From Eledone cirrhosa (taxonomy: Eukaryota), in contig OZ024744.1 in the NCBI GenBank assembly GCA_964016885.1, positions 1-64,000 of the forward strand: DNA of 64,000 nt. Direction: 5' to 3'. Of the stretch, positions 11,501-24,731 are shown in pieces. The position numbers and the translations under genes are program-made. Below the pieces are notes generated by a model. The model was given only the letters and a program-made list of their open reading frames with translations, searched no databases and had not been told where the DNA came from. Every line of letters starts with the position of its first letter. Within the stretch, counting starts at the first letter, position 1.

Positions 11501-14500
11501 TAGTTTTGAACCATATGATGCTGTGGTGTTACTGGAAATGTTATTGTAATTGGTTTTGTAGTGTGTTGTGTTACATGGTATTATAGAGTGGCATATTGTA
11601 GTGTGGTATGATACATAGTACTATAGTGTGGCATATTGTATTGTGGTGTGATATATTATAGTGTGGTGTATTGTAGTGTGTTATACTGTACTATAGTGTG
11701 GTATATTATAGTGTAGTGTGGTATATTGTAGTGTGGTATATTGTACTATAGTGTGATATATTGTAGTGTGGTGTAGTATAGTGTAGTGTGGTACATGGTA
11801 CTGTAGTGTGGCATATTGTATTGTGGTGTGGTATATTGTAGTGTGGTATATTGTACTATAGTGTGGTATATTGTAGTGTGGTATAGTATATTGTAGTGTG
11901 GTATACTGTATTATAGTGTGGTATATTGTAGTGTGGTGTGGTATATTGTAGTGTGGTCTGATGTAGTGTAGTGTGGTATAGTATAGTGTAGTGTGGTATA
12001 TTGTACTATAGTGTGGTATATTGTAGTGTGGTGTAGTATATTGTAGTGTGGTACACGGTAATGTAGTGTGGCATATTGTAGTGCGGTGTAGTATATTATA
12101 GTGTGTTGCATGGTACTATAGTGTGGCTTATTTTAGTGTGGTGTAGTATATTGTAGTGTGGTACCTGGTACTATAGTGTGGCATGTTGTAGTGTGGTGTA
12201 GTATATTGTAGTGTGGTATATTGTATTATAGTGTGGTATATTGTAGTGTGGTGTAGTATATCGTAGTGTGGTATAGTGTACTATAGTGTTGTATATTGTA
12301 GTGTGGTGTAGTATATTGTAGTGTGGTATAATGTACTATAGTGGGGTATATTGTAATGTGGTGAGGTATATTGTAGTGTGGTGTGGTATATAGTAATATG
12401 GCGTGGTGTGATAAATTGTAGTGAGGTGCAGTATATTGTAGTGTGGTGTGATATATGGTAGTGTGGTGTGATATATTGTAGTGTAGTGTGGTATACTGTA
12501 GTGCGGTTTGATATAGTGTAGTGTGGAGTGGTATATTGTAGTGTGGTGGGACATATAGTAATGTGGCGTGGTTTATTGTAGTGTCGTGTGGTATATTGTA
12601 TTGTGGTGTGGTATAGTGTAGCGTGATGTGGTATATAGTAGTCTGGTGTGCTATAATGTAGAGTGGTGTGGTATATTGTAGTGTGATGAGGTATATTGTA
12701 GTGTGGTGGGGCATATTGTAGTGTGGTGTGATATATTTTAGTGTGATGTGATATATTGTAGTGTGGTGTGGTATATTGTAGTGTGGTGTGATAGAGTGTA
12801 CTATTGTGTGGTATATCGTTGTGTGGTGTGGTATATAGTAGTGTGGTGTGGTATATTGTAGTGCGGTATAATATAGTGTAGTGTGATGTGATATATTGTA
12901 GTGCGGTGTGGTATATTGTAGTGTGGTGGGATAGAGTGTAGTGTGGTGTGATATATTGTAGTGTGATGTCATATAGTGTAGTGTGATGTGATATATCGTA
13001 ATAGGTTGTGATATAATGTAGTGCGGTATATTATAGTGTGGTGTGATATAATGTAGTGTGGTGTGGTATATTGTAGTGTGGTGTGATATATTGTATTGTG
13101 GTGTTGTATAGTGTAATGTGGTGTGGTATATTGTAGTGTGGTGTGATATATTGTAGTGTCGTGAGATATATTGTAGTGTCGTGTTATATAGAGTAGAGTG
13201 GTGTGGTATATTGTAGTGTGCTGTGATATATTGTAATATGGACAGGTATATTGTATTGTGGTGAGATATATTGTAGTGTGGTGTGATAAATTGTAGTGTG
13301 CTGTGGTATACTGTAGTGTGGTTTGGTATAGTGTAGTGTGGTGTGGTATAGTGTAGTGTGATGTGAAATAATGTATTGTGGTCCGGTATATTGTAGTGTG
13401 TTATATTGTAGTGTGGTGTAGTATATAGTAGTGTGGTGTGATATATTGTAGTGTGGTGTTGTATAGAGTAATGTGATGTGGTATATTGTAGTGTGGTGTA
13501 GTATAATGTAGTGTGGTGTAGTATATTATAGTGTGTTGTCATAGCGTGTAGTGTGGAGTGATATATAGTATTGTGTTGTGATATAGTGTAGTGTGATGTA
13601 ATATAATGTAGTAGGTTGTAATAGAGTGTAGTATTTGATAGTATAGTGTGGTGTGATACATCGTAGTGTGGTGGTATATATATTTTAGTGTGGTGTGATA
13701 TATTTTAGTGTGGTGTGATATATTGTAGTGTGGTGTGATATAGTGTAGTGTGGTGTCATATAGCGTAGTGTGGTGTGATATATTTTAGTGTGTTGTGGTA
13801 TATTGTAGTGAAATGTAACATAGTGTAGTGTGGTGTGGTATTGTGTAGTGTGGTGTGGTATTTTATAGTGTGATGTGGTATATTGTAGTGTGATGTTATA
13901 TATTGTAGTGTGGTGTGATATAGTGTAGTGTGGTTTGCTATATTGTAGTGTGGTCAGATATATTGTAGTGTGGCATGCTATAGTGTAGTGTGGTGTGATA
14001 TATTGCAGTGTGGTGTGGCATAGTGTGGTCGGATACACTGTAGTGTGGTGTGGTATAGTCTAGTGTGGTGTGATATATTGTACTGTGGTTTGATATATTG
14101 TAGTGTGGTGTTGTATATTGTAGTGTGGTGTGGCATATTGTAGTGAGGTGTGGTATATGGTAGTGTGATGTGATATAGTGTAGTGTGGTGTGGTATAGTG
14201 TAGTGTGATTTGATATATTGTAGTGTGGTGTGATATATTGAAGTGTGCTGTGGTAAACTGTGGTGTGGTACACTGTAGTGTGGTGTAGATTAGTGTGATG
14301 GGAAATAATTTATTGTGGTCTGGTATATTGTAGTGTGGTATATTGTAGTCTGGTGGGCTATATTGTAGTGTTGTGTGATATATTGTAATGTTGAGTGGTA
14401 TATTGTATTGTGGTGAGTTATATTGTAGTCTGTTTGTGATATAGTGTAGTGTGGAGTGGTATACTGTAGTGTGGTTTGTTATATTAAAGTTTGACGTGAT

Positions 14501-17500
14501 ATACTGTAGTATGTTGTAGTATATTGTAGTGTGGTGTGGTATAATGTAGTGCGGTGTGATATATTGTAGTGTGGTGTCGTATAGTGTAATGCGGGTGGTA
14601 TATTGTAGAATGGTGTGATATATTGTGGTGTGGTGTGTTATATTGTAGTGTGGTGTGGTTTATTGTAGTGTAGTGTGATATATTGTAGTGTGTTGTGATA
14701 CATTGTATTTCGGTGTGATATAGTGTAGTGTGGTGTGATATATTCAAGTGTGGTCAGATATATTGTAGTGTGGTGTGGTATAGTGTAGTGCGGTGTGATA
14801 TATTGTAGTGTGTTGGGGTATAATGTGGCGGGATATACTGTAGTGAGGTGTGGTATAGTCTAGTGTGGTGTGGTGTATTTCAGTGCGGTGTAGTATACTG
14901 TAGTGTAGTATGATATATTGTACTGTGGTATGATATATTGTAGTGTGGTGTGGTATATTGTAGTGTGGTGTGGCATATTGCAGTGAGGTGTGGTATATGG
15001 TAGTGTGATGTGATATAGTGTAGTGTGGTGTTGTATGCTGTAGTGTGGTGTGATATAGTGTAGGGTGGTGTGATATATTGTAGTGTAGTGTGATATATTG
15101 TAGCGTTGTGGGACATATTGTAGTGTGGTGTGATATAGTGTAGTGTGGTTTGATATATTGTAGTGTGTTGTGGTATAGTGTAGTGTGGTTTGATATAGTG
15201 TAGTGCGGAGTGTTATATTGTTGTGTGGTGTAGTATATTGTAGTGTGGTGTATTATATTGTAGTGGGATGTGATAAAGTGTAGTGTGGTGTGGTATAGCG
15301 TAGTGTTGTGTGGTATATTGTAGTGTGGTGTGGTATAGTGTATTGAAAAGTTCTATATAGTAGTGTGGTTTGGTATAACGTAGTCTGGTATATTGCAGTG
15401 CGATGTGCTATATTGCTGCGTTGTGTGGTATATTGTAGTGTGATGTGATATATTGTAGTGTGGTGTGGTATATTGTAGTGCGGTGTTATATATTGTACTG
15501 TGATATATATATTGTAGTTTGGTGTGATAGCGTGTAGTGTGGTGTGATATATTGTAGTACGCTGTGATATAGTGTAGTGTGATGCGATATATTGTAGTAG
15601 GTTGTGATATAGTGTAGTGTGGTATATTGTAGTGTGGTGTGATTTACTGCAGTGTGGTATATTGTAGTATGGTGTGATATATTGTAGCGTTGTACGGTAT
15701 ATTGTAGTGTGGTGTAGTATATTGTAGTGGGGTGTAGTATATTGTAGTGTGGTGTGATATAGTGTAGTGTGGTGTGGTATAATGTAGTGTTTTATATTGT
15801 AATATGGTGTGATATATTGTGGTGTGGTGTGTTAAATTGTAGTGCTGTGTGGTATAGTGTAGTGTGGTGTGGCATATTGTAGTGAGGTGTGGTATATGGT
15901 AGTGTGATGTGATATAGTGTAATGTGGTGTGGTACCCTATAGTGTGGAGTGATATATTGTAGTGAGCTCTGGTATACTGTAGTGTGGTGTGGTATAGTGT
16001 AGTGTAGTGTGGTATAGTGTAGTGTGCTGTGAAATAATGTATTGTGGTCTGGTATATTGTAGTGTGGTATATTGTAGTGTGGTGTAGTATATAGTAGTGT
16101 GGTATGATATATTGTAGTGTGATGGGTTATATAGTAATGTGGTGTTGTATATTGTAGTGTGGTGTAGTATACTGTAGTGTGGTGTATTATATTGTAGTGG
16201 GGTGTGATAAAGTGTAGTGTGGTGTGGTACAGCGTAGTGTTGTGTGGTGTATTGTAGTGTGGTGTGATATAGTGTATTGAAAAGTTCTATATAGTAGTGT
16301 GGTTTGGTATAACGTAGTCTGGTGTGGTATATTGCAGTGTGTTGTGGTATAGTGCTGCGTGGTGTGGTATATTGTAGTGTGGTGTGATACATTGTAGTGT
16401 GGTGTGGTATATTGTATTGTAGTTTGATAGCGTGTATTATTGTGTGGTATATTGTAGTGTGGTGTGGTATATTGTAGTGTGGTGTTATATATTGTACTGT
16501 GATGTATATATTGTAGTTTGGTGTGATAGCGTGTAGTGTGGTGTGATATATTGTAGTGCGATGTGATATAGTGTAGTGTGATGCGATAAATTGTAGTAGG
16601 TTGTGATATAGTGTAGTGTGGTATATTGTAGTGTGGTGTGGTATAGTGTAGTGTAATATGGTATAGTGTTATGTGCTGTGAAATAATATATTGTGGTCTG
16701 GTATATTGTAGTGTGGTATATTGTAGTGTGGTGTAGTATATAGTAGTGTGTTATGGTATATTGTAGTGTGTTGGGATATATAGTAATGTGGTGTCGTATA
16801 TTGTAGTGTGGTGTAGTATACTGTAGTGTGGTGTAGTATATTGTAGTCTGGCGTGATAGAGTGTAGTATTGTGTGGGATATTGTAGTGTGGGATGGTAAA
16901 TTGTAGTGCGGCGTGATATATTGTAGTGTGATAAGATATATTTTAGTGTGGTGTGGTATATTGTAATGTGGTTTAATAGAGTGTAGTGTGGAGTGATATA
17001 TTGTAGTGTGGTGTGATATAGTGTAGTGTGATGTAATATATCGTACTAGGTTGTGATAGAGTGTAGTCTGGTATAATGTGGTGTGGTGTGATATATTGTA
17101 GTGTGGTGGTATATATATTTTGTGTGGTGCGATATATTGTAGTGTGGTGTTAAATATTTTAATGTGTTGTGGTATATTGTAGTGTAGTGTAATATAGTGT
17201 AGTCTGGTGTGGTATATTGTAGTGTGTTGTGACATAGGGTAGTATAGCGTAATATAGTGTAGTGTTGTGTGGTATGGGGTTGTGTGGTGTGATATACTGT
17301 AGTGTGGTGTGATATATTGTAGTGTGGTGTGATATACTGTAGTGTGGTGTGATATATTGTAGGGTGGTGTGATATATTGTAGTGTAGCGTGATATATTGT
17401 AGCGTTGTGGGACATATTGTAGTGTGGTGTGATATAGTGTAGTGTGATTTGATATATTGTAGTGTGTTGTGGTATAGTGTAGTGTGGTTTGATATAGTGT

Positions 17501-20500
17501 AGTGTGGAGTTGTATATTGTAGTATGGATGGATATATAGTAATGCGGTGTGGTATATTGTAGTTTGGTGTAGTATACTGTAGTGTGGTGTATTATATTGT
17601 AGTGGGGTGTGATAAAGTGTAGTGTGGTGTGGTATAGTGTAGTGTTTTATATTGTAGTATGGTGTGTTATATTGTAGTGTGGTGTGTTATATTGTAGTGT
17701 TGTGTGGTATAGTGTGGTGTGGTGTGGCATATTGTAGTGAGGTGTGGTATATGGTAGTGTGATGTGATATAGTGTAATGTGGTGTGGTACACTATTGTGT
17801 GGAGTGATATATTGTAGTGAGCTCTGGTATACTGTAGTGTGGTGTGGTATAGTGTTGTGTAGTGTGGTATAATGTAGTGTGCTGTGAAATAATGTATTGT
17901 GGTCTGGTATATTGTAGTGTGGTATATTGTAGTGTGGTGTAGTATATAGTAGTGTGGTATGATATATTGTAGTGTGATGGGTTATATAGTAATGTGGTGT
18001 TGTATATTGTAGTGTGTTGTAGTATACTGTAGTGTGGTGTATTATATTGTAGTGGGGTGAGATAAAGTGTAGTGTGGTGTGGTACAGCGCAGTGTTGTGT
18101 GGTGTATTGTAGTGTGGTGTGATATAGTCTATTGAAAAGTTATATATAGTAGTGTGGTTTGGTATAACGTAGTCTGGTGTGGTATAGTGCAGTGTGATGT
18201 GGTATAGTGCTGCGTGGTGTGGTATGTTGTAGTGTGATGTGATATATTGTAGTGTGGTGTGGTATATTGTAGTGTGGTTTGATAGCGTGTATTATTGTGT
18301 GGTATATTGTAGTGTGGTGTGGTATATTGTAGTGTGGTGTTATATATTGTACTGTGATGTATATATTGTAGTTTGGTGTGATAGCGTGTAGTGTGGTGTG
18401 ATATATTGTAGTGCGATGTGATATAGTGTAGTGTGATGCGATATATTGTAGTAGGTTGTGATATAGTGTAGTGTGGTATATTGTAGTGCAGTGTGATATA
18501 TTGTAGTGTTGTACTGTATATTGTAGTGTGGTGTAGTATATTGTAGTGGGGTGTAGTATAATGTAGTGTGGTGTGATATAGTGTAGTGTGGTGTCGTATA
18601 GTGTAGTGTTTTATATTGTCGTATGGTGTGATATATTGTGGTGTGGTGTGTTATATTGTAGTGTTGTGTGGTATAGTGTAGTGTGGTGTGGCATATTGTA
18701 GTGAGGTGTGGTATATGGTAGTGTGATGTGATGTAGTATAATGTGGTGTGGTACACTATAGTGTGGAGTGATATATTGTAGTGCGCTCTGGTATATTGTA
18801 GTGTGGTGTGGTATAGTGTAGTGTAGTGTGGTATAGTGTAGTGTGCTGTGAAATAATATCTTGTGGTCTGGTATATTGTAGTGTGGTATATTGTAGTGTG
18901 GTGTAGCATATAGTAGTGTGGTATGGTATATTGTAGTGTGGTGGGATATATAGTAATGTGGTGCTGTATATTGTAGTGTGGTGTAGTATACTGTAGTGTG
19001 GTGTAGTATATTGTAGTCTGGTGTGATAGAGTGTAGTATTGTGTGGGATATTGTAGTGTGGGATGGTAAATTGTAGTGCGGCGTGATTTATTGTAGTGTA
19101 ATATGATATATTTTAGTGTGGTGTGGTATATTGTAGTGTGGTTTAATAGAGTGTAGTGTGGAGTGATATAGTGTAGTGTGGTGTGATATAGCGTAGTGTG
19201 ATGTAATATATGGTACTAGGTTGTGATAGAGTGTAGTCTGGAATAATGTGGTGTGGTGTGATATATTGTAGTGTGGTGTTATATATATTTTGTGTGGTGT
19301 GATATATTGTAACGTGGTGTGCAATATTTTAATGTGTTGTGGTATATTGTAGTGTAGTGTAATATAGTGTAGTCTGGTGTGGTATATTGTAGTGTGTTGT
19401 GACATAGGGTAGTAGAGCGTAATATAGTGTAGAGTTGTGTGGTATGGGGTAGTGTGGTATGATATACTGTAGTGTGGTGTGATATATTGTAGTGTGATGT
19501 GATATACTGTAGTGTGGTGTTATATATTGTAGTGTGGTGTGATAAACTGTAGTGTGCTGTGATATAATGTAGCGTGATGTGATATAATTTAGTGTGGTGT
19601 GGTACATTGTAGTGTGTTGTGTTATATTGTATTGTGATCTGGTATATTGTTGTGTGGTGTGATATAGTGTAGTGTGATATATTGTAGTGTGGTCAGATAT
19701 ATTGTAGTGTGGCGTGGTATATTGTAGTTTGGTGTAGTATACTGTAGTGTGGTGTATTATATTGTAGTGGGGTGTGATAAAGTGTAGTGTGGTGTGGTAT
19801 AGTGTAGTGTTTTATATTGTAGTATGGTGTGATATATTGTAGTGTGGTGTGTTATATTGTAGTGTTGTGTGGTATAGTGTGGTGTGTTGTGGCATATTGT
19901 AGTGAGGTGTGGTATATGGTAGTGTGATGTGATATAGTGTAATGTGGTGTGGTACACTATTGTGTGGAGTGATATATTGTAGTGAGCTCTGGTATACTGT
20001 AGTGTGGTGTGGTATAGTGTTGTGTAGTGTGGTATAGTGTAGTGTGCTGTGAAATAATGTATTGTGGTCTGGTATATTGTAGTGTGGTATATTGTAGTGT
20101 GGTGTAGTATATAGTAGTGTGGTATCATATATTGTAGTGTGATGGGTTATATAGTAATGTGGTGTTGTATATTGTAGTGTGTTGTAGTATACTGTAGTGT
20201 GGTGTATTATATTGTAGTGGGGTGAGATAAAGTGTAGTGTGGTGTGGTACAGCGCAGTGTTGTGTGGTGTATTGTAGTGTGGTGTGATATAGTGTATTGA
20301 AAAGTTATATATAGTAGTGTGGTTTGGTATAACGTAGTCTGGTGTGGTATAGTGCAGTGTGATGTGGTATAGTGCTGCGTGGTGTGGTATGTTGTAGTGT
20401 GATGTGATATATTTTAGTGTGGTGTGGTATATTGTAGTGTGGTTTGATAGCGTGTATTATTGTGTGGTATATTGTAGTGGGGTGTGGTATATTGTAGTGC

Positions 20501-23500
20501 AGTGTGATATATTGTAGTGTTGTACTGTATATTGTAGTGTGGTGTAGTATATTGTAGTGGGGTGTAGTATAATGTAGTGTGGTGTGATATAGTGTAGTGT
20601 GGTGTCGTATAGTGTAGTGTTTTATATTGTCGTATGGTGTGATATATTGTGGTGTGGTGTGTTATATTGTAGTGTTGTGTGGTATAGTGTAGTGTGGTGT
20701 GGCATATTGTAGTGAGGTGTGGTATATGGTAGTGTGATGTGATGTAGTATAATGTGGTGTGGTACACTATAGTGTGGAGTGATATATTGTAGTGCGCTCT
20801 GGTATATTGTAGTGTGGTGTGGTATAGTGTAGTGTAGTGTGGTATAGTGTAGTGTGCTGTGAAATAATATCTTGTGGTCGGGTATATTGTAGTGTGGTAT
20901 ATTGTAGTGTGGTGTAGCATATAGTAGTGTGGTATGGTATATTGTAGTGTGGTGGGATATATAGTAATGTGGTGTTGTATATTGTAGTGCGGTGTAGTAT
21001 ACTGTAGTGTGGTGTAGTATATTGTAGTCTGGTGTGATAGAGTGTAGTATTGTGTGGGATATTGTAGTGTGGGATGGTAAATTGTAGTGCGGCGTGATTT
21101 ATTGTAGTGTGATATGATATATTTTAGTGTGGTGTGGTATATTGTAGTGTGGTTTAATAGAGTGTAGTGTGGAGTGATATAGTGTAGTGTGGTGTGATAT
21201 AGTGTAGTGTGATGTAATATATTGTACTAGGTTGTGATAGAGTGTAGTCTGGAATAATGTGGTGTGGTGTGATATATTGAATTGCGGTGTTGTATAGTGT
21301 GGTGGGATACACTGTAGTGTGGTGTGATATAGTCTAGTCTGGTGTGGTATATTGTAGTGCGGTATAGTATACTGTAGTTGTGGTGTGATATATAGTACTA
21401 TGGTTTTATATAGTGTAGTGTTGTGTGGTATATTGTAGTATGGTGTGGCATATTGTAGTGAGCTGTGGTATATGGTAGTGTAATGTGAAATAGTGTAGTG
21501 TGGTGGGATATATTGTAGTGTGCTGTGGTATACTGTAGTGTGGTGTGGTACAGTGTAGTGTGGTATGGTATAGTGTAGCGTGATGTGAAATAATAAATTG
21601 TGGTGTGGTATATTGTAGTGTGTTATATTGTAGTGTGGTGTGGTATATAGTAGTGTGGTGTGATATATTTTAGTGTGGTGGGATATATATTAATGTGGTG
21701 TAGTATATTGTAGTGTGGTGTAGTAAATTGTTGTCCGGTGTGATAGATTGTAGTATGGTGTAGGATATTGTATTGTGGTGTGGTATATTGTAATGTGGTG
21801 TGATAGAGTGTAGTGTGGAGTGATATATTATAGTGTGATTTGCTATAGTGTAGTGTGATGTAATATATTGTAGTAGGTTGTGGTATAGCGTAGTCTGGTA
21901 TATGGTTGTGTGGTGTGATATATTGTAGTATGTTCGTATATATATTGTAGTGTGGTGTGATATATTGTATTGTGGTGTGGTATATTATAATATGGTATGA
22001 TATATTGTAGTTTTACAATATATTGTATTATAATGTGTTATGATATATTGTGCTATGATATAAAGTAGCGTGATGTGATATAATGTAGTGTGGTGTGGTA
22101 TATTGTAGTGTGCTGTATTATATGTTAGTGTGATGTAGTATATTGTTGTGTGGTGTGATATAGTGTAGTGTGATATCTTGTAGTGTGGTCAGATATATTG
22201 TAGTGTGGCGTGATATAATGTAGTGAGGTGTGATATATTGTAATGCGGTCTAGTATACTGTAGTGTGGTGTGATATATTGTAGTGTGGTTTGATATACTG
22301 TAGTGTGGTGTGATATATTGTAGTGTGGTGTGGCATATTGTAGTGAGATGTGGTATGTCGTAGTGTGATGTGATATAATGTAGTGTGTTGTGGTATACTG
22401 TAGTCCGGTGCGATATGGTGTCGTGTAGTGTGATATATTGTAGTGTAGTGGGATATATTGTAACGTGGTGGGATATATTGTCGTGCGGTGTGATATATTG
22501 AAGTGTGCTGTGGTATACTGTAGTGTGGTGTGGTACAGTGTAATGTGGTGTAGTATAGTGTAGTGTGACGTGAAATAATATATTGTGGTCTGGTATGTTG
22601 TAGTGTGGTATATTATAGTGTGGTGTAGTATATAGTATTGTGGTGTGATATATTGTAGTGTGGTGGGATATATAGTAATGTGGTGTGGTATACTGTAGTG
22701 TGGTGTGGTATATTGTAGTCTGGTGTGATAGAGTGTAGTATGGTGTGGAATATTTTATTGTGGTGTGGTAAATTGTAGTGCGGTGTGATATATTGTAGTG
22801 TGGTGTGATATAATGTAGTGAGGTGTGATATATTGTAGTGTGATGTGGTATACTGTAGTGTGGTGTGGTACAGTGTAGTGTGGTATGGTATAGTGTAGTG
22901 TGGCGTGATATAGTGTAGTGTGGTGTGATATATTGTAGTGCGGTGTAGCATACTGTAGTGTGGTGTGATATATTGTAGTGTGGTTTGATATATTATAGTG
23001 TGGTGTAGTATACGGTAGTGTGGTGTGGTATATAATAATGTGGTATGATATATTGTAATTTGGTGTAGTATATTGTAGTGTGGTGTGATATATTGTACTG
23101 TTGTTTGATATATTGTTGTGTGGTGTGGTATATTGTAGTGTGGTGTGGCATATTGTAGTGAGGTGTGGTATACGGTAGTGTGATGTGATATAGTGTAGTG
23201 TGATTTTATATATTGTAGTGTTGTGTGGTATACTGTAATATGGTTTGATATAGTGTAGTGTGGAGTGGTATATTGTAGTGTGGAGTGGTATATTGTAGTG
23301 TGGTGTAGTATATTGTAGTGTGGTTTATTACATAGTAGTGGGGTGTGATAAATTGTAGTGTGGTGTGGTATAGCGTAGTGTTGTGTAGTATATTGTAGTG
23401 CGGTGCGGTATAGTGTAGTGTGATGTGAAATAATGTATTGTTGTATGATATATTGTAGCGTGGTATATTGTAGTGTGGTGTAGTATATTGTAGTGTCTTG

Positions 23501-24545
23501 TGATATATTGTCGTGTGGTCTGGTATATTGTAGTGTGATGTGATATATTGTAGTGTGGTGTAGTATATTGTAGAGTGGTGTGGTGTAATGTAGTGCGGTG
23601 TGATATATCGTATTGTGGTGTGGTATTTTGTAGTGTGGTGTGATATATTGCTGTGTGGTGTGGTATATTGCAGTATGGTGTGATATATTGTAGTGTGGTA
23701 TATGTATACTGTAGTGTGATATGATATATTGTAGTGTGGTGTCGTATAGTTTAGTGTGGTGTGATATATTGTAGTATGGTGTGATATATTGTGGTGCGGT
23801 GTGTTATATTTTAGTGTGGTCTGGTATATTGTAGTGTGGTGTGATATATCGTAGTGTGCTGTGATATATTGTAGTGCGGCGTGATATAGTGTAGTGTGGT
23901 ATGATATATTTTAGTGTGTTGTGGTATATTGTAGTGTAGTGTGGTGTGGTATATTGTAGTGTGTTGTGACATAGGGCATTATAGTGTGATATAGTGTTGT
24001 GCGGTATAGGGTAGTGTGGTGTGATATACTGTAGTGTGGTGTGTTATATTGCAGTGTGGTGTGATATACTGTAGTGTGGTCTGATATATTGTAGTGTGGT
24101 GTGATAAACTGTAGTGTGCTGTGAGATAAAGTAGCGTGATGTGATATAATGTAGTGTGGTGTGGTGTATTGTAGTGTGTTGTGGTATATTGTAATGTGAT
24201 GTGGTAAATTTTAGTGTGGTGTGATATAGTGTAGTGTGATATATTGTAGTGAGGTCAGATATATTGTAGAGTGGAGTGGTATAGTGTAGCGTGGTGTGAT
24301 ATATTGTAGTGCGGTGTAGTATACTGTAGTGTGGTGTGAAATTTTGTAGTGGTGCGTGGTATACTGTAGTGTGGTGTGATATAGTGTCTTGTAGTGTGAT
24401 ATATTGTAGTATAGTGGGATATATTGTAACGTGGTAGGAAATATTGTAGTGCGGTGCGATATATTGAAGTGTGCTGTGGTATACTGTAGTGTGGTCTGGT
24501 ACAGTGTATTGTGGAGTGGTATAGTGTAGTATGACGTGAAATAAT

Positions 24546-24731
24546 TGTTTCTACTTTAGGCACAAGGTCAGAAATTACTCAGTGCATTACCGGTACTTTA
24601 TTTTACGACCCCGTAAGGATGAAAGGCAAAGTCAACCTCGGCGGGATTTGAACTCAGATCGTAAAGGGACGTAACTATGCTGGAAAGCAAGGCCTCCGAC
24701 CCTCTACCGATACTGCCAATCCACCGCCCTT
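24546..24731 (-). mobile_element. tRNA-derived SINE, copy 1
   Basis: The minus strand starts GGCGGTGGATTGGCAGTATCGG (A-box-like, + 24707-24718), has the B box GTTCAAATCC (+ 24644-24653), then the body GCCGAGGTTGACTTTGCCTTTCATCC. Imperfect 17-bp TSD: GTATGACGTGAAATAAT (24529-24545) and GTGTGATGTGAAATAAT (24732-24748). Confidence 0.88.

Noticed and set aside
9714-11586. Poly-Val/Leu, Gly/Val, Thr/Asn, Trp/Cys and ER-repeat ORFs
   Set aside because: Translations of (GA)n and (GGT/GTT)n microsatellites.
24640-24731. Functional tRNA gene
   Set aside because: A and B boxes are present, but no cloverleaf is evident. The sequence continues into a SINE body and is bounded by a TSD.
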